Positions 45,349 to 54,611 of a stretch of 64,000 bases of DNA are shown here, piece by piece; position 1 is the first letter of the stretch, and every line of letters starts with the position of its first letter. Made by a program: the position numbers and the translations under genes. Below the pieces are notes generated by a model, which saw only the letters and a list, made by a program, of their open reading frames with translations, had not been told where the DNA came from and did not search any database. The DNA comes from Anaerolineales bacterium (lineage in GTDB: Bacteria; Chloroflexota; Anaerolineae; Anaerolineales; E44-bin32): contig JARRJK010000027.1 of assembly GCA_037379555.1 (NCBI GenBank), positions 1,285-65,284 of the forward strand. Direction: 5' to 3'.

Positions 45349-46454
45349 TCAGCGGAAATGATCCATGGCCTCATGCGAGAGCTCTTCGTAGAGCTGAAGG
45401 TAGTCCGAGATCACTCTGCCCAGATCATGTTCAGCAGCGATCTGCAGGCTGTTCGCTGAAAAATCAGCCAGAGTTCTGCGGTCCTCGCTCAGCTTCCGCA
45501 CGGCGCGGGCGAGGGAGGTGGGATCACCGGATTGAAAAAGGTAGCCGTTGTAACCATCCCTGATAAGCTCCGGAAGCGCTCCTGCGTTGGCTCCGATCAC
45601 TGGCAGCCCGCAGGCCATCGCCTCGAGGGTGGCAATGCTGAGCAGCTCGATGTCGCTGGGCATGATGAAGGCATCGGCGCTGTTCAAAAGCGGTACGGTA
45701 CGTGTCCGTGCCCCGCCAAAGCCAATTGGACAGGCGCGCCGTTCAGGTATTTCATGGCCTCGATTGCCTGTTCCAGCTCCTTGTCTTCATCAATTCGGCC
45801 CACATAAAGCAGGATGAAACGCTCCGGATCCAGGCCGTGTTTTTCCAGGGTTCGTTTCCGGTCGTGCCCCTCCAGGGGTTTAAACCTCGCGCGATCAACA
45901 CCACATGATAGGGCCTGCACCGGCGTTTTGATACGGTGCTGCAGGAGCATCCGCACGCCGAATTGGGATGGGGTCGTGACCAGATTGGCTCGGTTCAACA
46001 CGCGCCGGATGGATCGCCACAAAATCGCTTCTGCGATGGCACGGAATGGTTTGAAAATTGACACCTGGCGGATCAAATTGGCCGGCAGGAAGTGGTTGGT
46101 TGCCAGGCAGGGGATGCCCCTGGCGCGGGCCTCGCGCAGTCCAGCGGCGGAGAGAGGGTAGTGATCCTGGATGTGCACGACATCGGGCCGGATATCATCA
46201 AACAGATCCGCAAGCTGTGTCTGGTTAAAAATAGGAATGTGCACCTCGGGGTAGAAGGGCGCCAGCGAGAACGAGATCACCTCGTGGATCATAACGCCGG
46301 CTTCATGCGCTGCTTCGGCGTGGCCCCGGAGGGAAGGGGTAAACACAGATACGTCCTGCCCGGCACCAGCGAGACCTTCAGCCAGACGTTGGCTGAAGAC
46401 AGCCGCTCCATTGACGTTGTGACCGTATGTTTGGCCGATCATAACGATTTTCAT
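45349..46454 (-). pseudogene. glycosyltransferase family 4 split by an out-of-frame internal deletion
   Basis: N-part 45684..46454 (MKIVMIGQTYGHNVNGAAVF...LLYVGRIDEDKELEQAIEAMKYLNGAPVQLALAGHGH then VPYRF*). C-part 45349..45687 in another frame (…TVPLLNSADAFIMPSDIELLSIATLEAMACGLPVIG…). The roughly 30 residues normally lying between the GxG motif and the ...ADxFxxPS motif are missing. Confidence 0.6.
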
Positions 46455-47476
46455 CCGCCCACCTCCCTGTCTCTTGTCCGGGTGAATGCGGGTATACGCT
46501 GCGAGGCGAAAAAACCGACGACGAGCGGAATCCAGTAGTTCATGCCGCGGAAAGCGACAATCACCGCAGCTGCTTCCGGACCAGAGATGCCCGCGCTGGT
46601 GAAAATCAACCCCATGATGCCTTCGACGGCTCCGATCGCCTGTGGGATGATGGAGATCACCCAGTAGACGATTCCGATCGAAAAGCCGGCAACCAGGACG
46701 CCCATGGATACCGGTTGGTGAAAAGCGAGGAAAAGAAAGTAAAGCCCGACTACATTGACGACATGCAAAACCAGCCCAGTTGCGACCAATTTGGCCAGTG
46801 GCATTGGCCTGGTGAAGATGGCCTGCGAAGCGCTGGACATATCCTGCACATTCCGACGGACCCAATCCTCGTCCAACAACTCGGCGCGCCCCAGGCGCTC
46901 ACCGATATTGTTTGTCAGCCTCCGGATGAACCCAAGCAGGCTTGCAAGCCGCCTGGCGCTCCGTCGAGCGGCAATCAGGGCTGCCAATAAAAGCCCGGTG
47001 AAAATGACATAGATCGCGACGCCAAGGACAGAGTAGAACTTGAACAGGTTTTGTTGAATCAGATACCAGACACTGTATGCCAGAAAGGGCCACAGCGTGA
47101 TCAGGTCGCTGGCAAGCACCAGCAGCAGCCCCACGCTCGTCCGAGCACCCGATTCCCCCCGCCTGATGGAGTTGTCAACAAAGACAGCCGCTCCCCCAGT
47201 TCCACCAAGGGGAGCAACGCTGTTCACGAAGAGCGACGCAAAGTAAACCGGGATGGCCTGCGCCAGGGTCGTCTTCACGCCAACGACGCGGAATCCGAGA
47301 ACATACATGCCACCGTAGATTCCGAAATAAAGCATATGCAGTGCAAGCGAGAGCAGGATCCAGTACCACAGGCCGCGCGCCAGCGTTGCGGTCAGTTGCT
47401 GCAGGCCGGAGAAGCGCGTGATGACCAGGAGGGTGAACCCGATCATCAGCGCATAAAGCAACCAGCGACGTTTCAA
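46451..47476 (-). CDS. flippase-like / LPG-synthase-TM (UPF0104) family membrane protein
   Basis: 341 aa, 8 TM, ...VYFASLFVNSVAPLGGTGGAAVFV.... ATGA overlap with the downstream GT4 gene. Confidence 0.8.
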   Translation of the reverse strand: MKRRWLLYALMIGFTLLVITRFSGLQQLTATLARGLWYWILLSLALHMLYFGIYGGMYVLGFRVVGVKTTLAQAIPVYFASLFVNSVAPLGGTGGAAVFVDNSIRRGESGARTSVGLLLVLASDLITLWPFLAYSVWYLIQQNLFKFYSVLGVAIYVIFTGLLLAALIAARRSARRLASLLGFIRRLTNNIGERLGRAELLDEDWVRRNVQDMSSASQAIFTRPMPLAKLVATGLVLHVVNVVGLYFLFLAFHQPVSMGVLVAGFSIGIVYWVISIIPQAIGAVEGIMGLIFTSAGISGPEAAAVIVAFRGMNYWIPLVVGFFASQRIPAFTRTRDREVGG

Positions 47477-47777
47477 AGCGATGCAGCTTTCTCATGCCAA
47501 CAGAGTGCGCGGTTAATATCCTGCACAAGAATTATAAATTGCGGGATACCCGGTGGAGAGATGAGATTCCGCTGCAACTGGGTGGCAGCTGCAAGCGTCA
47601 CGGATTGAATCTGAACAGGCTTCATGGCGGGAAGAATTGCGAAAAAACCGGACAACGCTGACGTTGCGCTGCACGAAACGAATCATGCGAGGGCGGTCCA
47701 GTTCGAGGGGACTACAGCGATCTCGAGCAGTTCTACATGGATCCGCCAACGCACCCCAGCCTAGAATCAGCTTCGGA

Positions 47778-50700
47778 TTACGTCCCTTCGGGGATGATGT
47801 CGATCAGGACCGCGCGCACGACGGTACGTCTCAGGTAAAGACCCTGGGCCGGATTGAAGCTGTGGCAGGTGATGAGTGTGAGCCAATCTCGCTCCTCATG
47901 CTGCATCACGCTCAAATCATCCGGGAGGACGGTTCGCCGCTGGCGAACCTCGTAGACATAGATCAGGCCATCGCTGTGCAGCAGGATCCGATCGCCCCAA
48001 TTAATCTCAGAAAGCTCGCTGAACGGCCCCGGCAAGCCGCTTGGAAGCACGACGTGGGCGGTGAGCATCGTGTTGCCGGCATGAGTCGGATAGGCTGTGC
48101 CATACAGGTATCCGATGCTGTTCCACAACCAGGTAAGGTCCCAGCCAGAGTCATCTGTCCCGACACCGACGATCGAAGCGCGCATGCCGAGCGACGGGAT
48201 TTCAAGCTCCAGATCCCCCAGTGAGGTGTAGGCTTTCGAGACGGGTTGTGCTGGCAGCGGCGTGCGCTGACCCGGCGCGAATCCGGTTTCCGGCAGCTCC
48301 GGCGCGCCAACCGAGACGCTGGCGAGAACCTGGTACAGGTCGACCGGCGTGGTTGGATCGTAGCGCCGTTCCGCTGCGAGCGCGTTGAAGGGTGAGAGCG
48401 CATAGGCCGCAGCCACGTTGTCGTCAGGCAGGCTGGTCCATTCGAGTGAAGCCTGGTTGACGAGACGCTGCCCGGGTCGGATGTCACCGAGGACTACATC
48501 GAACGTGATCTGGCTCGTCTCCGTCAGGTCAAAGCTATCCCATGTGACGGTGATCACACCACCTGATTCACTGCACGATCCGGAGCTGCAGCTCAAGGTA
48601 CCGGGAACGTAGGCGAGCTCCGGCGGCAGCATGTCCGTCAGCACGAGGTCGAACGCAATCGAATCGCTCGCTGCGGCCTGGGCGACGGTCAGTTTGAAGG
48701 TGATGGATGAGCCGGGCGGCGTGGTTCGCGGGGAGGCGTCCTTCGCCAAAGTGAGCGTCGGTTCGACGATCTCGATTTCGTTCGCCGAGGCGCTCAGCTC
48801 CCCCGACCCCCAGGTCCAGTGCGCAGCGTTGTTCAGACGGACGCCGCGCAGGTTGCCCGCGTTGTCCAATACGACGACTGTGTAGATGATGGTCAGCGTC
48901 TCATCGCTTCCGCCGAAGGGGTTATTGTTGGTGACATCCCCCAGGTTGAAGACGATCCGCCGTCCCTGGTCCTCTTCAGCAGGGCTTGCGGCAGGTTCCG
49001 GCAGGATCTGTGGGTTCCCCCCGGCGGGATTTCCAGCATCTGGAGCGCAGGCGGCAGGGAACCCACCGGAGAGCGTGGTTGTCAGGTTGCCCGAACTGGG
49101 CGTGATCGAGACGCAATCCACGAACGATAGGCCGCGGTCCAGCACGTCCTCGATCTGCACGCCGCTGATGGACCCGGAGGGGATGTTGAGCACGATCTCG
49201 TAGGTCAGGATCTCGCCGATGGCCACCGGGGGCGTGCCCGTGATCTGTGCATCGCCCGGGTCGGTGTGGTTCTGGTTGGTAGCCAACAGGTTCTTGTTGA
49301 TGTCCAGGTTCCCGAGCGTGACCACATTATCGCGATCGGTGCTTGTGTTGTCGCCCGGGGTCTGATCGGCGCCATTGGTGCCGTCATCGGTGATCACAGC
49401 CGTGTTTGCAACCAGGCTCGTCCCGATGGGGAATGGATCGTCGACCAGCAATGCCAGCTGCACGCTTCCCCCGGAGCCAGCTGCCAGCGTGCCAACGATG
49501 TAGTTGCATGTACTGCCGGGATCCCCTGGTCCGAGCGGGCCGGTGCCATCGGGATCATCGCAGTTCCAGCCCGGACTGCTCGAGCCGGCCTGGAAAGTCG
49601 TGTCGGCTGGCACATCGTCGCTGATGACTACGCCGGACGCGTCCTGGTCGCCGTTATTGGCGTAGCTGAGCGTGAAGATCAACAGCGTTCCAGGCGAGAC
49701 CGTATCGACGCCGTCATCCTTTACGACCGATAGATCGGGCGCGGCTATAAGCGGGGTACTGTGGCTCGCGCTGTTGTTGCCCTGCAGCAAAACCGGCTCG
49801 TTGGAGGCCGAGACCGAAGCGGTGTTGGATGTGATATCCACCAGGATTGGCAGGGAGCTGTCTACGGCGACGGAGAAACTGACGCTGGCAGAGCTGCCTC
49901 CGGCCAGCGGGCCGAGGGCATAGGTGCAAACGCTGCCAGCGGGAGCGCCGAGCGCGCATGACCAGCCGGCCGGGCCGGCAAAGGCAGTGTGATCCGGCAC
50001 CGTATCCGTAATGAGAACGTCCGCCGCATCGACATTGCCGATGTTCTGAATGGCGAGCGTGTACGAAACCGTTTGTCCGGGCGCTGCTGAGAGAACGCCA
50101 TCGTCCTTGCTCAGGGTGACATCGACCTCCGAGGCTGTGATGGTCTCGCTCGCCGCTGCAGCGTAGTCGTTCAATCCGCCGCCCACCCCATCGGCGCCGG
50201 TTCGCTCATTGGCATCGGTTCCACTAAGCGAGGTCCAGGAGGCATTTGCCGTATTGGTCAGAGTATCTCCGACTGCGACTGCTGGTGGGATGCCCAGCGC
50301 GGCCCGGTAAGAGAGGTTGACCGTTTCGCCGAGCGCTATCTGGCCAGCGCTGAACGTCAGCGCTGGAGCGGCGCTGTCATCGAGCGACCATCCCGGTGGA
50401 AGAGGGGTTACCGGTCCGAGATAACTCAAGCCGGAGGGGACAATATCGGTGAGCACGATATCCTCTGCAGCGGCGTTCGAGCTGCCGCCGGGATTGCTGA
50501 CCGTGAGTGTGTATGTAACCGTCCCACCCAGGCTGGGCGTGTCGTCGTCGGCGGCTTTGAGGAGCGTGAGAGTCGGCTCAACAACCTCAACGTCGGCGTT
50601 GGCTGCAAGCGTATCGCTGTTGTACGTCAGCTCAGCAGTATTTGTTAGCTGATCTCCATCCTGGTTGGCGGTTACGTTCTCCATCCGGGCGACGATTTCC

Positions 50701-53700
50701 AGCGTGATCACATCGCCCGTGTCGCTGACGCCGTCCGGCGCGTTGGTCACATCGCCGAAATCAAATATCACCTGATCGTTGATACTGTCGGCGTCAGGCC
50801 CATCGCTGATCGTGATGCTGGGGATGATCGAGCTGCTGATCTGGCCGCCGATGGAGACGATGTCGGCGCTGACGACGCCGAGGACGCCAGCTGGGACAGT
50901 CGGCAGATTGTCGGTCAGTCGCAGCGGAGCAGCCGTTCCCTCTGGGAGCGTGGCAGTAATCTGGAACGTCACTTCCTCGCCGATCACCAGGTCGACGATG
51001 CTCAGGTCATGCCGTGATGAGGTCGTGCTGCTGACGGATGTGGAGCTGATGGTTTTTGAGAGAATTGGGTCGGCCAGTGACAGGTCGGCCAGGGCCGAAT
51101 CACCGAAATCGTTCACGCCACCGGAGCCATCCCGCTCACCGTTCGCTGATCCAGCCCCGCCGGGTGTGACCGAGCCGGTCCCGTTGGGCGAAGTGCCGTT
51201 GCCCGGCAGGCTGCTGTAGGTCAGGCTTATGGTGTTGGGGATATCAGCACCGATCGGAGCATCGTCCACAACGCGCGCAGTGAGGGTGATGCTCGCCGTC
51301 GCACCCGGGTCGAGACAGGTGAGACTGGCCGTGACCAACTGGCCCGCGGCGCCGCCGTTGAAAGCGATCGGCGTGCCGCCGAGGCAGCTCCCGCTGTTCG
51401 GCGTGCCGCTGATTGAAACGAATTCAAGGTAGCTGTCAAGCGTGTCGCTCAGGACGATGTCAAACGCTGTGGCGGCGCGGGCGCCGCTCGAGCTGTTGCT
51501 GAAGCCAATTGTGTATTCGACTGTGTCGCCGGCATCAGAGGGTGCCAGGCTGACGGTCTTGGCAAGGTTGGTGATGAGCGCCTCGGCGACGCGAACGGTG
51601 ACAACGCTGGAGTAGCTCCCGAGGACATCGGGCGTGCCAAGCCGGGTGCGGAAGCGGTTGTTGAGAGCCGTGATCGTCGCCGTCCCGCCGGTGATGTTGT
51701 TGTAGGCTTGATTGCCAGCGATGTTCTCGATGATGGCATTGAATTCGACGACGACGAATTCCTGGTCCAGATCACGGTCGCTGTTGACCAAGGTATCGAA
51801 CCAGAAGTACACATTTGATCCGCTGGCGTAGTTGTCGGCGCTACGATTGCTGGGGCTGGACGAGACGGCGTTATCAGGCAGCACGAAAGACGGGACGATG
51901 CTGGCGAGGTTGGCTTCACTGCCCGTTGCGAATAACGCTGGATCGGACAGGGTCGAAGAGGTGATGCCCGCGTCGTTGGAAACGAGCACCGCCATCGCAG
52001 TGCCATCGTCGAGAAAGAGCAGCCCTGGATACAGGTCGTCTTCAATCCGGAAGTTCACCGCCGTGCCCTCAGCCAGCTGGAAGGCCAGCCGGTAGCGCAC
52101 AATCTCCCCGATCACGACTCGCTCCGACCCGCTTACGAAGCCTGAACTTGGCTCGGAGGTGGTGGCGATGGTCTTGGTCGGGCCGCTGGTGATCGTCACG
52201 ATCCCATCGCCGCTGGCTGCGTAGTCGTCCACGCCTCCCGCGCCCGAGCGTTCAATGGCAGTGGTGTTGTATGGCGAGCGGGGTGTGGTCTCGTCGCCTG
52301 GCAGGCTGGTCCAGGTCAGATCAGCGCTGTTGGTCAGCACCTCGCCCGGGCTGACGGAGGCGTCGAGCGTGACCTCAAAGGTGAACACGGTCGTGCTCCC
52401 CAGGGGAAAGCCCGTGGGCTGATTCCAGCTCGCCGTGAGCGTATTTCCACTGAATGAGCACGTATCCGGCGTGAGGCTGCCGCCGGTGCAGTCGAGCGTG
52501 CTGGTGGTGTACGTCATCCCGGCTGGCAGTGCATCCGAGAGATTCAGGTCGAACGCATCAGCATGACTCACCGCAGCATCGATCACCGTTTCGGCGTCGT
52601 GTTGGACGGTCATCGTGAAGGTGATCGTATCGCCGGCATCGCCCTGATTCGGGGCAGGCACCTTGCTCACCATCAGTTTGGGCTCGATCACGGTCAGGTT
52701 CGGAGCCCCGACCGCTGTCAGGCTGCCACTGTTCCAGGACAGGACTGCGCTGTTGTTCAGGAGCGTGCCATCCTGATTCCCGGCGCTGTTGAGAACGACG
52801 ACCCGGTAGCTGAATGTGATCTGCTCGGCAAGTGCGTTATCCCGGTCGGTGTTGATCAGGTCGCCGAGTTCGAAACGAACGCTTGAACCTGGGCTGGCTA
52901 CAGGTGGGCTGATAAACGCGCCGCAGCCCTCGGAAAAATCGCCAGCCCCGATGGAGGTCGAGATCGCGCTCGAGGCGGTGATGGAGAGGCAGTCGAGAAA
53001 CGCCAAACCGGCATCAAAATTGTCGAGCACGACCGCACCCGGCATCTCGCCTTCCGGGACATCGATCGTGATCGAGTAGGTGGCGATCTCGCCGATGACA
53101 GCCTGAGCGCGAGCGTTGTTGGGATTCTCGATCTCGCTGCTGACGAGCGACTTTGCCAGCACGCCGGTAACTGACGTCTCGGCGGTATCCGTCTGAGGCG
53201 CGGCGAGATGGTTCTGACCGCCTTCGCTGCCGGCGTAGCTGACCAGCGATTCGGTGTTGATGATCGTTCCCGGCGTGACATCGTCCCGCAACTGCAGATC
53301 GAAGGTGATCAGGATGATGTTGTTACCCGAATTTGGATCGTGTGCTTGGCAGACGCCCGAGCCGACCGGGTCGACCAGTTCGATGCCGCTGCCGAAGAGG
53401 TCATCCGCGGTGTTGTCTGTCCCATCCGGGCCGCCGCCGAGGCCCGTGAAGCCGATCGCGGGATCGGAGGAATCGCCATAGTAAACCTGCAGGTTGAGGC
53501 CGCTGGCGTCGCCCGGGATCTGAAATTCGGCGGGCAGGTCATCACGGATGACGATGTCGAAGGCGCCGTTCAGGCTCGAACCAGTGTTCTCGATCACGAT
53601 GGCGAAGGTGACGACATCGCCGGCGTCGACGAAGCTGACATTGCTATCGATCGGGCTTGCCGCCAGGTTGGTCGAGTTAATCACGCCTCCCCAGCGCGGT

Positions 53701-54611
53701 GAATTGGTGCGGTCGAGAAATGTCACCGGTCCGATCGTAACCGGGTCGAAGACAGCGTTGGGGTTGTTGGACCAGATGGCAGCCTTCTTCGAAACCAGGA
53801 CCGGCTCTGTCAGCACGATCTGGGTGATCGCGTCCGAGGCAACTGTGCCGGCGTTGGTGCTGCCCTCGAAGCCGTGGACCTGGTTGGTCAGGTAGAGCCG
53901 GTCGGCGAAGGGCTCGCTGGAGACCACGACGGTGAAGAGCAGGTCGACCGTCGTCACCTGATGGCGGGGGTCGTTAAAGTCGCCGTAATAGAAGTTGAGC
54001 GAGTTGTTTGCAGGATCGGATGTCAGCGCCGGCACGAGGCAGCCGGCGGGTGTCCCGCCGGGATCGCAGGTGTAGGCATAGAACGAATCGGCTGGCCCGA
54101 ATTTTGCGATGCCGGGTGCTGGTGCACCCGCGCTGACCGTCGTATCAAAGGACCAGGCCGGTCCCGGGTTTCCATCGCCATCAGGATCGGCGACGTTGAA
54201 AATCGGGAGCGGGATGTAATCGGTGAATTCGAGATTCTCCTCGTCGCTGGTGGGCAGGCTGAACTGTATGCGGTACGTGAGGCTGTCGCCTGGTTTGACC
54301 TCGACCGGGGAGGAGAGCGTGGTGCTGCCGTTCAGGGCGTAGATCGATTTCGACAGCGTGCCGGTGCCGATCTCCGCGCCCGCCGCACTGCCATCGGTCT
54401 CATCGAAACCGGTGGGCGAGAAGCTGCTGGTGTCGAGCACTTCCCCGGTTACGCTGGCAGTGTTACCGAGCACATCGCCCTGGTCGACGCTCGTGTCGCC
54501 GGAGGGATAGTCGTCGATAAAGTCATCGAGGATCGTGGTCTGGAAACGGATGATGGCGTAGGTCGGGCCGTCGTTGTACCCACCCGGAAGCCCCGTGTCG
54601 CATTCTGGCAT
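47778..54611 (-). CDS. giant DUF11-repeat surface protein (C-terminal 2,277 aa) ending in LPETG plus a fused sortase domain
   Basis: There are many repeats of the type PGDSLTYRIQF..., AGDTITFTMTV...LSDALPAGMTY, GGTVTYTLTVSNPGG...VLTDIVPSGLSY, and recurring ...W(T/N)SL(P/S)G...ER(T/S/D)G..G(V/L)(N/D)D(Y/F) segments. The C-terminus reads ...ELPETGFAPGQRTPLPAQP...LEIPSLGMRASIVGVG...THAGNTMLTAHV...WLTLITCHSF...RRTVVRAVL (sortase His/Cys/Arg). Confidence 0.85.
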   Translation of the reverse strand: MPECDTGLPGGYNDGPTYAIIRFQTTILDDFIDDYPSGDTSVDQGDVLGNTASVTGEVLDTSSFSPTGFDETDGSAAGAEIGTGTLSKSIYALNGSTTLSSPVEVKPGDSLTYRIQFSLPTSDEENLEFTDYIPLPIFNVADPDGDGNPGPAWSFDTTVSAGAPAPGIAKFGPADSFYAYTCDPGGTPAGCLVPALTSDPANNSLNFYYGDFNDPRHQVTTVDLLFTVVVSSEPFADRLYLTNQVHGFEGSTNAGTVASDAITQIVLTEPVLVSKKAAIWSNNPNAVFDPVTIGPVTFLDRTNSPRWGGVINSTNLAASPIDSNVSFVDAGDVVTFAIVIENTGSSLNGAFDIVIRDDLPAEFQIPGDASGLNLQVYYGDSSDPAIGFTGLGGGPDGTDNTADDLFGSGIELVDPVGSGVCQAHDPNSGNNIILITFDLQLRDDVTPGTIINTESLVSYAGSEGGQNHLAAPQTDTAETSVTGVLAKSLVSSEIENPNNARAQAVIGEIATYSITIDVPEGEMPGAVVLDNFDAGLAFLDCLSITASSAISTSIGAGDFSEGCGAFISPPVASPGSSVRFELGDLINTDRDNALAEQITFSYRVVVLNSAGNQDGTLLNNSAVLSWNSGSLTAVGAPNLTVIEPKLMVSKVPAPNQGDAGDTITFTMTVQHDAETVIDAAVSHADAFDLNLSDALPAGMTYTTSTLDCTGGSLTPDTCSFSGNTLTASWNQPTGFPLGSTTVFTFEVTLDASVSPGEVLTNSADLTWTSLPGDETTPRSPYNTTAIERSGAGGVDDYAASGDGIVTITSGPTKTIATTSEPSSGFVSGSERVVIGEIVRYRLAFQLAEGTAVNFRIEDDLYPGLLFLDDGTAMAVLVSNDAGITSSTLSDPALFATGSEANLASIVPSFVLPDNAVSSSPSNRSADNYASGSNVYFWFDTLVNSDRDLDQEFVVVEFNAIIENIAGNQAYNNITGGTATITALNNRFRTRLGTPDVLGSYSSVVTVRVAEALITNLAKTVSLAPSDAGDTVEYTIGFSNSSSGARAATAFDIVLSDTLDSYLEFVSISGTPNSGSCLGGTPIAFNGGAAGQLVTASLTCLDPGATASITLTARVVDDAPIGADIPNTISLTYSSLPGNGTSPNGTGSVTPGGAGSANGERDGSGGVNDFGDSALADLSLADPILSKTISSTSVSSTTSSRHDLSIVDLVIGEEVTFQITATLPEGTAAPLRLTDNLPTVPAGVLGVVSADIVSIGGQISSSIIPSITISDGPDADSINDQVIFDFGDVTNAPDGVSDTGDVITLEIVARMENVTANQDGDQLTNTAELTYNSDTLAANADVEVVEPTLTLLKAADDDTPSLGGTVTYTLTVSNPGGSSNAAAEDIVLTDIVPSGLSYLGPVTPLPPGWSLDDSAAPALTFSAGQIALGETVNLSYRAALGIPPAVAVGDTLTNTANASWTSLSGTDANERTGADGVGGGLNDYAAAASETITASEVDVTLSKDDGVLSAAPGQTVSYTLAIQNIGNVDAADVLITDTVPDHTAFAGPAGWSCALGAPAGSVCTYALGPLAGGSSASVSFSVAVDSSLPILVDITSNTASVSASNEPVLLQGNNSASHSTPLIAAPDLSVVKDDGVDTVSPGTLLIFTLSYANNGDQDASGVVISDDVPADTTFQAGSSSPGWNCDDPDGTGPLGPGDPGSTCNYIVGTLAAGSGGSVQLALLVDDPFPIGTSLVANTAVITDDGTNGADQTPGDNTSTDRDNVVTLGNLDINKNLLATNQNHTDPGDAQITGTPPVAIGEILTYEIVLNIPSGSISGVQIEDVLDRGLSFVDCVSITPSSGNLTTTLSGGFPAACAPDAGNPAGGNPQILPEPAASPAEEDQGRRIVFNLGDVTNNNPFGGSDETLTIIYTVVVLDNAGNLRGVRLNNAAHWTWGSGELSASANEIEIVEPTLTLAKDASPRTTPPGSSITFKLTVAQAAASDSIAFDLVLTDMLPPELAYVPGTLSCSSGSCSESGGVITVTWDSFDLTETSQITFDVVLGDIRPGQRLVNQASLEWTSLPDDNVAAAYALSPFNALAAERRYDPTTPVDLYQVLASVSVGAPELPETGFAPGQRTPLPAQPVSKAYTSLGDLELEIPSLGMRASIVGVGTDDSGWDLTWLWNSIGYLYGTAYPTHAGNTMLTAHVVLPSGLPGPFSELSEINWGDRILLHSDGLIYVYEVRQRRTVLPDDLSVMQHEERDWLTLITCHSFNPAQGLYLRRTVVRAVLIDIIPEGT

